Assembly (NCBI GenBank): GCA_944385535.1
Contig: CALWXR010000004.1
Location: forward strand, 1,140-65,139
DNA length: 64,000 nucleotides
DNA from: an uncultured Oscillospiraceae bacterium
Lineage (GTDB): Bacteria > Bacillota > Clostridia > Oscillospirales > Oscillospiraceae
Direction of reading: 5' to 3'
Every line of letters begins with the position of its first letter. Position 1 is the first letter of the stretch. The notes under the pieces are model-generated. The model ran no database searches. It saw nothing but the letters and a program-made list of their open reading frames with translations, and was not told where the DNA came from. The position numbers were made by a program, and so were the translations under genes. This document shows, piece by piece, positions 27,892 to 37,085 of the stretch.

Positions 27892-28571
27892 AAGATAACT
27901 CTCCTGAAAGCGCATTCGAAGGCCTCGGCATAGCAGCAGCCGGATTGGGCGCCCCGGTAGGCGGCCAGTCCGGTGATGGCTTCGGCGCTTCTGGGATGGG
28001 GATAGGGCCGCATAACTCCCCGATACATGGACAGGGCTTCCACTTTCATGTCCACAGCCTCCTTGCCGGTCTCCACAAAGACATTGGGCATAAAGCGGTT
28101 CATGGCGGTGTTGACAGACCATTCCGTAGAGGACAGAACCTCCATATACCAAAGCTCGCCGATGGGCCTGACGTCCGTCCTGCGCTGGAACAGCCGGATG
28201 GCCGCCTGACAGGCCAGGGAGGTGTGCATATGATCGTTATTGGTGTCGGAAGGATGGTGGGTGATGACAATATCCGGCTGGGCCTGAAGAATTGCTTTTT
28301 CAATAAACTGCACCAGATGCAGATGGGAAACGTTGTTTAATTCAATATTTGGGAATGCGCCCAAAAACTTGCCGTGAATGCCCAGATGCTGGGCGCTGGC
28401 GTCCAGATCCTTTTTCAGGGCCTCATCCTCCGGACGGAAGGCCCGGGCCTTTGCCTCGGCGGACAAAATGCACACGTCTACCTGAGCACCCTGCTGTGCG
28501 TATTTGCGGATGGTTGCCCCCGCCCCCAGAACCTCATCGTCCGGATGGGCCACGACCAGCAGAATATTCAT
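27888..28571 (-). CDS. PIG-L/LmbE family N-acetyl deacetylase
   Basis: VVAHPDDEVLG and THHPSDTNNDH metal motifs. Its stop overlaps the next ATG (ATGA). Confidence 0.9.
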   Translation of the reverse strand: MNILLVVAHPDDEVLGAGATIRKYAQQGAQVDVCILSAEAKARAFRPEDEALKKDLDASAQHLGIHGKFLGAFPNIELNNVSHLHLVQFIEKAILQAQPDIVITHHPSDTNNDHMHTSLACQAAIRLFQRRTDVRPIGELWYMEVLSSTEWSVNTAMNRFMPNVFVETGKEAVDMKVEALSMYRGVMRPYPHPRSAEAITGLAAYRGAQSGCCYAEAFECAFRRVIL

Positions 28572-28654
28572 ATTCCCATCAACTCCCTGTACAGCGTTGG
28601 AGCCGGCCCCTTTCCAGAACTGTGGAGTGGGCATTTCCCCTGTTTTTCCTGACA

Positions 28655-28683
28655 ATCTTACCATATTCTCAAAAGGCTGTCAA
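28655..28683 (-). promoter_or_regulatory. Sigma-A promoter for the deacetylase-PGT-formyltransferase operon
   Basis: TTGACA-17 nt-TAAGAT with extended TG. Confidence 0.75.
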
Positions 28684-28730
28684 GGCCGCCGCCGGCCGGG
28701 AAGAATGGCGTTCTCGGGGGAAACTCACTC

Positions 28731-28759
28731 TTGCTGAATTGGTATGCTTGTGCTATAAT
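28731..28759 (+). promoter_or_regulatory. Sigma-A promoter for the main glycan operon
   Basis: TTGCTG-17 nt-TATAAT with extended TG. Confidence 0.7.
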
Positions 28760-28828
28760 GTGACTAAGTATGCGGACAGGAGCGCTTTTTTGACTGCTTC
28801 TGTTACAGTATTTTTAGGACGTGAGCAA

Positions 28829-30715
28829 ATGATGCTATCCCCCAAAAAAAACAAAATAAGTATGAGCGTGGTCTCTAAGGTTGTGGTTATCATGGCGCTG
28901 GATATTCTGGCGACTGTGATCTGCTTCTTTTTAGGCTTGTGGTTTCGCTATGATTTTTCTTTTGCCGCCATCCGGGAGGTACATTTGACAGGCTATCTTT
29001 CTGCCATTGGCCCCTGGTGCGGCATTACCATTGTGGTATTCTGCTGTTTCCGGCTGTACAGTTCCATATGGGCCTTTGTCAGCACCTCTGAGGTGTTTCG
29101 GATTCTGGGCGCCTATGCTGTGCTGGGTGTGATCGGCGTGCTGCTGTTTCACTTTGATGGGCTGGTCATGCCCCGCTCCAGTATGATGGTGGGCTTTGTG
29201 TTCAGCTTCTGCTGCACCGTGGCCATCCGGTTTTCTTACCGGCTGATTCGAACCGCCCAGAGAAAGTTCAGCCATCTGGCCCATGCCAGAGGGGTGAAAA
29301 ATGTTATGCTCATCGGCGCGGGAGACGCCGGACGGGCGCTGGCTTTGGAATTCAACAACAGCGACTACATTCGGGACAACCTGGTATGCGTGATCGACGA
29401 CAATCCGGTGAAGTGGAATAAGCAGCTTTGCGGTGTTCCCATTGTGGGCGGACGGCAGGACATTGCCAAGGCGGTGGAGCAGTATAAGATCAGCAAGATC
29501 ATTTTTGCCATTCCCAGCTGTTCCGCCCAAACTCGGAAGGAGATTCTGGACATCTGCTCCACCACCGGCTGTGAGGTGCAGCTGCTTCCCGGCATCTTCC
29601 AGATGGTCAACGGAGAGGTCAGCGTCAGCAAGCTGCGCAACGTGGATCCCCAGGACCTGCTGGGCCGGGATCCCATTAAGGTGAACTTTGACGAGATCGT
29701 TGGGTATGTTTCCGGCAAGGTGGTGCTGGTCACCGGCGGCGGCGGAAGCATCGGAAGCGAATTGTGCCGCCAGATCGCCAAGGCGCACCCCAAACAGCTG
29801 ATCATTTTTGAGATTTATGAAAACAGCGCCTATGAGATCCAGATGGAGCTCCAGCGTACCCACCCGGAACTGAATCTGAAGGTGCTCATTGGCTCTGTCC
29901 GCAACACCAACCGGGTGAATTACCTGATGGAGACCTACCACCCGGAACTGGTATTCCACGCGGCGGCCCATAAGCATGTGCCTTTGATGGAGGACAGCCC
30001 CAACGAGGCCATCAAAAACAATGTGATCGGCACCTACAAAATGGCGAAAGCCGCCGCCGCCTTTGGGGTGAAGCGGTTTGTGATGATCTCCACCGACAAG
30101 GCGGTGAATCCCACCAACATTATGGGCGCGTCCAAGCGGCTGTGCGAAATGGTGGTGCAGATGATGAACCGGGAGTCGGATACGGAGTTTGTGGCGGTGC
30201 GCTTCGGCAATGTGCTGGGCAGCAACGGCAGCGTGATCCCTCTGTTTAAAAGGCAGATCGAGGCGGGCGGCCCGGTGACCGTGACCCATCCTGACATCAT
30301 TCGTTATTTCATGACCATCCCCGAGGCGGTGAGCCTGGTGCTCCAGGCGGGGTCGTATGCCAAAGGCGGAGAGATCTTCGTGCTGGATATGGGCGAGCCG
30401 GTGAAGATCGATACCATGGCCCGGAATATGATCCGCCTCAGCGGCTACGAGCCGGATGTGGATATCAAGGTGGTCTACACCGGTCTGCGGCCGGGAGAAA
30501 AGCTTTATGAGGAACTGCTGATGAAGGAAGAGGGAATGCAGGAAACTGCCAACCGGATGATCCACATTGGCAAGCCCATTGAAATGGACGACGAGCTGTT
30601 TAAGAAGCAGCTTCAGCGGCTGGATGAAGCCAGCCGGGCGGAGGCCTGCAATATGAAGCAGATTGTGGCGGAGATCGTGCCTACTTACCAATGTCAGGAA
30701 AAGGCTCGGGTATGA
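28829..30715 (+). CDS. capD: Membrane-bound UDP-GlcNAc 4,6-dehydratase (CapD/PglF/WbpM family)
   Basis: N-terminal TM segments, IGAGDAG, TGGGGSIGSELCRQ, HAAAHKHVP, STDKAVNPTNIMGASKR, RFGNVLGSNGSVIP, GLRPGEKL. Start is 28829 or 28862. Confidence 0.93.
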   Translation: MMLSPKKNKISMSVVSKVVVIMALDILATVICFFLGLWFRYDFSFAAIREVHLTGYLSAIGPWCGITIVVFCCFRLYSSIWAFVSTSEVFRILGAYAVLGVIGVLLFHFDGLVMPRSSMMVGFVFSFCCTVAIRFSYRLIRTAQRKFSHLAHARGVKNVMLIGAGDAGRALALEFNNSDYIRDNLVCVIDDNPVKWNKQLCGVPIVGGRQDIAKAVEQYKISKIIFAIPSCSAQTRKEILDICSTTGCEVQLLPGIFQMVNGEVSVSKLRNVDPQDLLGRDPIKVNFDEIVGYVSGKVVLVTGGGGSIGSELCRQIAKAHPKQLIIFEIYENSAYEIQMELQRTHPELNLKVLIGSVRNTNRVNYLMETYHPELVFHAAAHKHVPLMEDSPNEAIKNNVIGTYKMAKAAAAFGVKRFVMISTDKAVNPTNIMGASKRLCEMVVQMMNRESDTEFVAVRFGNVLGSNGSVIPLFKRQIEAGGPVTVTHPDIIRYFMTIPEAVSLVLQAGSYAKGGEIFVLDMGEPVKIDTMARNMIRLSGYEPDVDIKVVYTGLRPGEKLYEELLMKEEGMQETANRMIHIGKPIEMDDELFKKQLQRLDEASRAEACNMKQIVAEIVPTYQCQEKARV

Positions 30716-30750
30716 CGCCGGCTGGAGACGGAAAAGGAAAGGAAAACCAT

Positions 30751-31626
30751 ATGAAGCGGATACTGATTACCGGCGCCAACAGCTATATCGGCCTGTCGGT
30801 GGAAAACTACCTGAAGCAGTGGCCGGATCGGTATCAGGTGGATACCCGGGATATGATCGGCGATGGCTGGAGGACATGCTCGTTCCAAGGGTATGATGCG
30901 ATCCTGCATGTGGCCGGACTGGTTCATCAGCCGAAGAGCAAGGAGGATCCCGGCCAGGCGGAAGTCTATGAGCGGGTCAATACCACTTTGGCGGTGGAGA
31001 CTGCCCAAAAGGCCAAGACCGACGGGGTAAAGCAGTTCCTGTTTATGAGTACCGTGGGAGTTTACGGCTTGGACTCCCCGGTGGGACAGGTGGTGACCAT
31101 TACCAAGGACACCCCCCTGAATCCCAGGGACAACTATGGGATCAGCAAGGCCAAAGCGGAAGCGCTGCTGCAAGATCTGGCGGATGAGACGTTCGAGCTG
31201 GCCATCCTGCGGCCGCCGATGATTTACGGCCCCGGCTGCAAGGGCAATTACGTCACCCTTTCCAAGCTGGCAAGGAAGCTTCCGGTGTTTCCCTGGGTGG
31301 ACAATCAGCGCTCTATGCTGTATATCGATAATTTCTGTGAATTTGTCCGGCTCCTGGTGGATGACCGGGCGGAAGGGATCTTCTGCCCCCAGGACGGGGA
31401 ATATGTAAACACCAGCCAAATGGTGAATCTTATTGCCCATGCCAACGGAAAAAACATTCTGACGGTCAAGGGCTTCGGCTGGGCCTTGAAGCTTCTGGGG
31501 AAATTTACACCCCTGGCTGGCAAGGCCTTCGGGAGTTTGTGCTACGACATGGAGCTGAGCCGGTATTCCCGGGATTACCGGGTCAAGGATCTGACCCAAG
31601 CCGTGATGGAGACGGAGAGCAAGTAA
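30751..31626 (+). CDS. NAD-dependent epimerase/4-reductase (CapN/WbpV-like)
   Basis: ITGANSYIG, YGISK (YxxxK), LRPPMIYGPGCKGN, NQRSMLYIDN. Confidence 0.85.
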   Translation: MKRILITGANSYIGLSVENYLKQWPDRYQVDTRDMIGDGWRTCSFQGYDAILHVAGLVHQPKSKEDPGQAEVYERVNTTLAVETAQKAKTDGVKQFLFMSTVGVYGLDSPVGQVVTITKDTPLNPRDNYGISKAKAEALLQDLADETFELAILRPPMIYGPGCKGNYVTLSKLARKLPVFPWVDNQRSMLYIDNFCEFVRLLVDDRAEGIFCPQDGEYVNTSQMVNLIAHANGKNILTVKGFGWALKLLGKFTPLAGKAFGSLCYDMELSRYSRDYRVKDLTQAVMETESK

Positions 31627-31646
31627 CCGCGCAAGGAGGAAGGGGT

Positions 31647-32870
31647 TTGAAAAAGAAAAAGGACATCCTGTTTCTGTGCCAGTTTTTTTATCCGGAATAC
31701 ATTTCCTCCGCCCAGCTTCCCTATGATACGGCCCTGGCCCTGACAAAGGCCGGGTTTTCCGTAGGCGCCCTGTGCGGCTATCCCAGGGAATACGCCGAAG
31801 GCGGCCATGTTCCCAAGCGAGAAACGGTCAACGGCATTTCCATCCACCGGCTGAAGTATCTCCAGCTGGATCGAAGGGGATTTTTGGGGCGGCTGGTGAA
31901 TTATTTTTCCTTCACCTTTATGGTGACGCTCCGCCTGAAGGAGATTTCCCAATACAAGGCGGTGGTGGTCTACTCCAACCCGCCCATCCTGCCCTGGATC
32001 GCCTCCTGGGCCAAAGGGCTTTTTGGAACCAAGCTGATTTTTGTGTCCTATGACCTGTATCCCGAGGTGGCCGTGGTAACCAACACTCTCCGACAGGGGA
32101 ATATGATCTGCCGGCTCATGGAGCACATCAACAAAGTGGTATACCGCCGGGCAGATCATGTGGTATCCCTGAGCTCCGAGCAGCGGGAATACATCTTGGG
32201 CCACCGGGACATCCTCCCGGATCGGGTGAGCGTGATCCCCAACTGGTTTGCCGGCCAGGGGCAGGCTCCCTATGACCGGGAACGCAATGAATTCCGGGAT
32301 GTGGTCGGGGACCGGTTTGTGGTTTCCTATTTTGGCAATATGGGGACCCTTCAGGATATGGAAACCATCCTGGAGGCGGTTCGGGAACTAAAAGCGGAAA
32401 AGGATGTGCTTTTCTTCTTTGCCGGTCACGGCAATAAGCAGGAAGCCATAAAGCGGGTTCTGGAAGAAGAAAAGCTGGAAAACGCGGTCATGTATCCCTT
32501 CCTTCACGGCCAGCGGTTCCGGGACGCGCTGGCAGTCAGCGGCTGCGCCCTGGTCTCTTTGGAAAAGGGGATCACGGGACTGTGCGTTCCCAGCAAGACC
32601 TATACCTATATGATGCAGGGACTTCCCCTGCTGGCCGTTATGGATGAAAACGACATTGTGAAAGACGTGGAACAGGGCGCGGGACTTTGGGTAAGAAACG
32701 GAAACGGCAAGGGCTTGGCCCAGGCCGTCCGCACCCTTCGGGACGATCCTGAAAGGCGGGAACAGATGGGAAGCATCTGCCGCCGGATCTATCTGGAAAA
32801 ATATACGACGGAAATCTGTACGAAAAAATATGTGGAGCTGTTTCGGAAATTGCTGCCGGAGCAGGATTAA
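31647..32870 (+). CDS. GT4 glycosyltransferase (WbuB/CapL-like L-FucNAc transferase)
   Basis: LCQFFYPEYISSAQL, YSNPP, YDLYPE, YFGNMG, CVPSKTY. TTG 31647 after AAGGAGG. Confidence 0.85.
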   Translation: MKKKKDILFLCQFFYPEYISSAQLPYDTALALTKAGFSVGALCGYPREYAEGGHVPKRETVNGISIHRLKYLQLDRRGFLGRLVNYFSFTFMVTLRLKEISQYKAVVVYSNPPILPWIASWAKGLFGTKLIFVSYDLYPEVAVVTNTLRQGNMICRLMEHINKVVYRRADHVVSLSSEQREYILGHRDILPDRVSVIPNWFAGQGQAPYDRERNEFRDVVGDRFVVSYFGNMGTLQDMETILEAVRELKAEKDVLFFFAGHGNKQEAIKRVLEEEKLENAVMYPFLHGQRFRDALAVSGCALVSLEKGITGLCVPSKTYTYMMQGLPLLAVMDENDIVKDVEQGAGLWVRNGNGKGLAQAVRTLRDDPERREQMGSICRRIYLEKYTTEICTKKYVELFRKLLPEQD

Positions 32871-32882
32871 GGAGATAAAAAC

Positions 32883-33938
32883 ATGAGTATTTTCACCGAC
32901 AAAACCCTGATGATCACCGGCGGCACCGGTTCTTTCGGCAACGCGGTGCTCAACCGCTTTTTGGAAACGGATATCCGGGAGATCCGGATTTTTTCCCGGG
33001 ATGAAAAGAAGCAGGACGACATGCGTCACGAATTTCAGGCCAAAATGCCCCAGGCGGCCAATAAGATCAAGTTCTTTATCGGCGATGTCCGGGACTTATC
33101 TTCCGTGAAAAACGCCATGCACAATGTGGACTATATTTTCCATGCCGCGGCTCTCAAGCAGGTGCCCTCCTGTGAGTTTTTCCCGTTGGAGGCAGTAAAG
33201 ACAAACGTCATCGGCACGGACAATGTGCTCACCGCCGCCATTGATGCGGGGGTAAAGACGGTGATCTGCCTGTCTACGGACAAGGCCGCCTACCCGGTGA
33301 ACGCCATGGGCACCTCCAAGGCCATGATGGAGAAGGTGATCGTTGCCAAATCCCGCACCGTTTCCCCGGAAAAGACCAAGATCTGCTGCACCCGCTACGG
33401 AAACGTGATGTGCTCCCGGGGAAGCGTCATCCCCTTGTGGATCGATCAGATTAAGGCGGGCAATCCCATCACCATCACCGAGCCCAGTATGACCCGGTTC
33501 ATCATGTCTCTGGAGGAGGCGGTGGATCTGGTGCTCTTTGCCTTTGAAAACGGCGCCAGCGGCGATATTCTGGTTCAAAAGGCCCCTGCCTGCACCATTG
33601 AGACTTTGGCCCAGGCGGTTACCGGACTGTTCAGCCCCAACCATGAGATCAAGGTGATCGGCATCCGCCACGGGGAAAAGATGTATGAAACCCTGCTCAC
33701 CAACGAAGAGTGCGCCAACGCCCTGGATCTGGGCAGCTTCTACCGGGTGCCCTGCGACAAGCGGGATTTGAACTATGACAAGTACTTTAAGGTAGGAGAC
33801 AAGGAGCGCAATGTGCTCACCGAGTTCAACAGCAGCAACACCCAGCTGCTGGACGTGGCCCAGGTGCAGGAAAAGCTGCTGAGCCTTGCCTACATCCGGG
33901 AAGAACTGGAAGCCTGGAACAAGAAAAAAGGAAAATAA
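32883..33938 (+). CDS. fnlA: UDP-GlcNAc 4,6-dehydratase/5-epimerase (FnlA/Cap5E/WbjB)
   Basis: TGGTGSFGNAV, FSRDEKKQDDMR, AALKQVPSCEFFP, RYGNVMCSRGSVIP, EFNSSNT. Confidence 0.92.
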   Translation: MSIFTDKTLMITGGTGSFGNAVLNRFLETDIREIRIFSRDEKKQDDMRHEFQAKMPQAANKIKFFIGDVRDLSSVKNAMHNVDYIFHAAALKQVPSCEFFPLEAVKTNVIGTDNVLTAAIDAGVKTVICLSTDKAAYPVNAMGTSKAMMEKVIVAKSRTVSPEKTKICCTRYGNVMCSRGSVIPLWIDQIKAGNPITITEPSMTRFIMSLEEAVDLVLFAFENGASGDILVQKAPACTIETLAQAVTGLFSPNHEIKVIGIRHGEKMYETLLTNEECANALDLGSFYRVPCDKRDLNYDKYFKVGDKERNVLTEFNSSNTQLLDVAQVQEKLLSLAYIREELEAWNKKKGK

Positions 33939-33948
33939 GGGGCTTGCC

Positions 33949-34662
33949 ATGAATAAAAAAGAGTTGGTGATTCGATACCGGGCGTTGGTACAACTGGCCT
34001 GCCGGGCCTATAATCTGACGAATGTATTCCGAATCAAGGGTAAGGGTCGGAGCAATCAGCTGATTGCTCCCTGCGCCTTGCTGAAAAAATGCCGCATCTG
34101 CTTCGGCGGCAAAAACAACAAGGTGATTGTGGAAGATTTTTCTACTCTGAAGGGCGTGGAAATGTATATCTACGGCGACAACAACACTGTGCATATCGGT
34201 CCCTGGTGTACTCTGCTGAAAACCGAAATCTGCACTGAAAATTCCGCGAATCAAATCAAGATCGGAGAGCATACCAAAATTCTTGGAAAGACCCATCTGG
34301 CTGCCATCGAGGGTACTCAGATCCGTATTGGCAGGGACTGCTTGTTTTCCAGCGATGTGCATATACGGACCGGAGACTCGCACAGCGTTTTGGACATGCA
34401 GGGCCGCCGCATCAACGCTTCCCGGGACATCTCCTTTGGCGATCATGTATGGGTAGGGACCAAGGTCACCTGCCTGAAAGGGGCTGAGGTGCCGGATCAC
34501 TGTATTCTGGGAGCCTGTGCTTTGGTGACGGGAAAGTTTACCCAGCCCAATTGCGTCCTGGCGGGGGTGCCGGCGAAGGTAGTCAAGGAAAATGTGGACT
34601 GGTCCCTGAAGCGAATCGGCCTGGGCCAAACGGCGGCGGATTTTCAGCCCCGATCAGAATAA
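33949..34662 (+). CDS. Hexapeptide-repeat (LbH) acyltransferase, probable O-acetyltransferase
   Basis: IGRDCLFSSDVHIRTGDSH...FGDHVWVG...LKGAEV...VLAGVPAKVVK. Confidence 0.85.
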   Translation: MNKKELVIRYRALVQLACRAYNLTNVFRIKGKGRSNQLIAPCALLKKCRICFGGKNNKVIVEDFSTLKGVEMYIYGDNNTVHIGPWCTLLKTEICTENSANQIKIGEHTKILGKTHLAAIEGTQIRIGRDCLFSSDVHIRTGDSHSVLDMQGRRINASRDISFGDHVWVGTKVTCLKGAEVPDHCILGACALVTGKFTQPNCVLAGVPAKVVKENVDWSLKRIGLGQTAADFQPRSE

Positions 34663-34681
34663 CAGCAAGGAGACGGAAGCC

Positions 34682-35881
34682 ATGAACATTCTAATCACCG
34701 GCGCAGCCGGATTTGTAGGGAAAAACCTAAGCCTGGCTCTGCAATGTATCCGGGATGGCCGGGACCGGCGTTTTCCGGATTTGCAGATCGGTTCCCTTTA
34801 CTTATATGACATCGATTCTCCTGTCGAGCTTTTGGAGCAGGGCTGCCGTGAGGCGGATTTTGTATTCAACCTGGCGGGGGTGAACCGTCCCAAGAATCCG
34901 GAAGCGTTTATGCAGGGAAACTTTGGCTTTGCCTCCCAGCTCCTGAACACCCTGAAAAAGTATGGAAACACCTGCCCGGTGATGCTGTCCTCCTCCATCC
35001 AGGCTACGTTAATTGGCCGTTACGCCAACGGAGAGTACGGAAAAAGCAAAAAGGCCGGGGAGGAGCTGTTCTTCCAATACGGCCGGGAGACCGGGGCCAA
35101 GGTGCTGATCTACCGGTTCCCCAATCTGTTCGGCAAGTGGTGCCGGCCCAACTACAACTCCGCCGTGGCCACCTTCTGCCATAACTATGCCCATGATCTG
35201 CCCATCACCGTCAGCGACCCCAAGGTGGAGCTGGAGCTTCTTTACATCGACGATCTGGTGCGGGAAATGATCGACGCCCTTCGGGGGAAGGAGCACCGGT
35301 GTGAATTTGACGGGGTGAACACGGTGCTGACGGAAAACGGCCGGTACTGCGCCGCCCCGGTGACCCACCGGGCCACCCTGGGGGAAATTGTGGCGCTGCT
35401 GGAGGATTTCAAGAACCAGCCGAAAAGCCTGATGATGCCCAGTATTCCCAAGGGAAGCCTTGCCAGCAAGCTGTACGCAACCTATCTTTCCTATCTGCCA
35501 AAGGAAAAAGCCGCCTTTCCTCTGAAAATGAATCAGGACGCCCGGGGCAGCTTTACGGAACTGCTGCGCACGGAAAACTGCGGTCAGTTCAGCGTGAACA
35601 TCAGCAGACCCGGCGTTACCAAGGGCCAGCATTTTCACCACAGCAAGTGGGAATTCTTCATTGTGGTATCCGGCCGGGGCCTGATTCAGCAGCGAAAGAT
35701 CGGCACGGAGGAAGTATTGGAATTTGAGGTCTCCGGGGAGGAGATCCGGGCGGTGCACATGCTGCCGGGATATACCCATAACATCATCAATCTTTCGGAA
35801 ACGGAAAATCTGGTCACGGTGATGTGGGCAAACGAGTGCTTTGACCCGGAAAAGCCGGATACTTTTTTTGAGGTGGTATAA
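34682..35881 (+). CDS. fnlB: Bifunctional reductase/epimerase (FnlB/Cap5F/WbjC)
   Basis: ITGAAGFVGKNL, NLAGVNRP, YGKSK, GKWCRPNYNSAVATFC, C-terminal cupin GVTKGQHFHHSKWE. Confidence 0.92.
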   Translation: MNILITGAAGFVGKNLSLALQCIRDGRDRRFPDLQIGSLYLYDIDSPVELLEQGCREADFVFNLAGVNRPKNPEAFMQGNFGFASQLLNTLKKYGNTCPVMLSSSIQATLIGRYANGEYGKSKKAGEELFFQYGRETGAKVLIYRFPNLFGKWCRPNYNSAVATFCHNYAHDLPITVSDPKVELELLYIDDLVREMIDALRGKEHRCEFDGVNTVLTENGRYCAAPVTHRATLGEIVALLEDFKNQPKSLMMPSIPKGSLASKLYATYLSYLPKEKAAFPLKMNQDARGSFTELLRTENCGQFSVNISRPGVTKGQHFHHSKWEFFIVVSGRGLIQQRKIGTEEVLEFEVSGEEIRAVHMLPGYTHNIINLSETENLVTVMWANECFDPEKPDTFFEVV

Positions 35882-35884
35882 GTC

Positions 35885-37069
35885 ATGGAAATGAAGCTGG
35901 ATTATTCCGATATTTCCTTTCAGAATAACGGCAAATTAAAGCTTTTGATCATAGTAGGCACCCGGCCGGAGATCATCCGGCTGGCGGCGGTGATCAAAAA
36001 GTGCCGCAAATACTTTGACTGCATCCTGGCCCATACGGGACAGAACTATGACTACAACTTAAACGGGATCTTTTTCCGGGACTTAGGGCTGGAAAATCCC
36101 GATGTGTATATGAACGCGGTGGGCGACGACCTGGGCGCCACCGTGGGCAACATCATCAACTGCGCCTATAAGCTGATGGCGGCAACTGGGCCGGACGCTG
36201 TGCTGATCCTGGGGGACACCAACTCCTGTCTGTCCGCCATTCCCGCCAAGCGGCTGCATATTCCCATTTTCCATATGGAGGCGGGCAACCGGTGCAAGGA
36301 CGAGTGCCTGCCGGAGGAGACCAACCGGCGGATCGTGGACATCATCTCCGATGTGAACCTGGCCTATTCCGAGCATGCCCGGAAGTACCTCCATGACTGC
36401 GGCCTGCCCAAGGAGCGAACCTACGTCACCGGCTCTCCCATGGCGGAGGTGCTGCACAGCAACTTGCAGAGCATCCTGGCCTCCGATATCCACCGGCGGC
36501 TGGGGCTGACCAAGGGGAAGTACATTCTTTTGTCCGCCCACCGGGAGGAGAACATCGACACGGAGAAAAACTTTCTGTCTCTGTTCACCGCCGTCAACGC
36601 CATGGCGGAAAAGTACGATATGCCCATCCTCTATTCCTGCCATCCCCGCTCCCGGAAGCGGCTGGAGGAAAGCGGCTTTATTCTGGACAAGCGGGTCATT
36701 CAGCACGCGCCTCTGGGCTTCCACGATTATAATTGTTTGCAGATGAACGCCTTTGCGGTGGTGTCCGACTCCGGCACCTTGCCGGAGGAATCCAGCTTCT
36801 TTACCAGCATCGGCCATCCCTTCCCGGCGGTTTGCATCCGTACCTCCACCGAGCGGCCGGAGGCCCTGGACAAGGGCTGCTTTATTTTGGCGGGCATTGA
36901 CGAAGGACATCTGCTTCAGGCTGTGGACACCGCCGTGGAGATGAATCTTCAGGGAGACCTTGGCATTCCCGTGCCGGATTACGTGGAAGAAAACGTATCC
37001 ACCAAGGTGGTGAAGATCATCCAGTCCTACACCGGCGTGGTGGACAAAATGGTCTGGAGAAAATATTAA
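35885..37069 (+). CDS. fnlC: Non-hydrolysing UDP-sugar 2-epimerase (FnlC/Cap5G/WbjD)
   Basis: GTRPEIIRL, HTGQNYDY, LGDTNSCL, HMEAGNRC, SDSGTLPEES. Confidence 0.92.
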   Translation: MEMKLDYSDISFQNNGKLKLLIIVGTRPEIIRLAAVIKKCRKYFDCILAHTGQNYDYNLNGIFFRDLGLENPDVYMNAVGDDLGATVGNIINCAYKLMAATGPDAVLILGDTNSCLSAIPAKRLHIPIFHMEAGNRCKDECLPEETNRRIVDIISDVNLAYSEHARKYLHDCGLPKERTYVTGSPMAEVLHSNLQSILASDIHRRLGLTKGKYILLSAHREENIDTEKNFLSLFTAVNAMAEKYDMPILYSCHPRSRKRLEESGFILDKRVIQHAPLGFHDYNCLQMNAFAVVSDSGTLPEESSFFTSIGHPFPAVCIRTSTERPEALDKGCFILAGIDEGHLLQAVDTAVEMNLQGDLGIPVPDYVEENVSTKVVKIIQSYTGVVDKMVWRKY

Positions 37070-37085
37070 AGAATTGAGGCCGTGT

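Noticed and set aside
28349-28828. 160-aa N-terminal extension of CapD in the ORF track
   Set aside because: It overlaps the antisense deacetylase and both promoters; the real start lies downstream of the -10 box.
28655-28830. Invertible (phase-variable) promoter or ops/JUMPstart element for the glycan locus
   Set aside because: No flanking inverted repeats, no recombinase in the window, and no GGCGGTAG in the leader.
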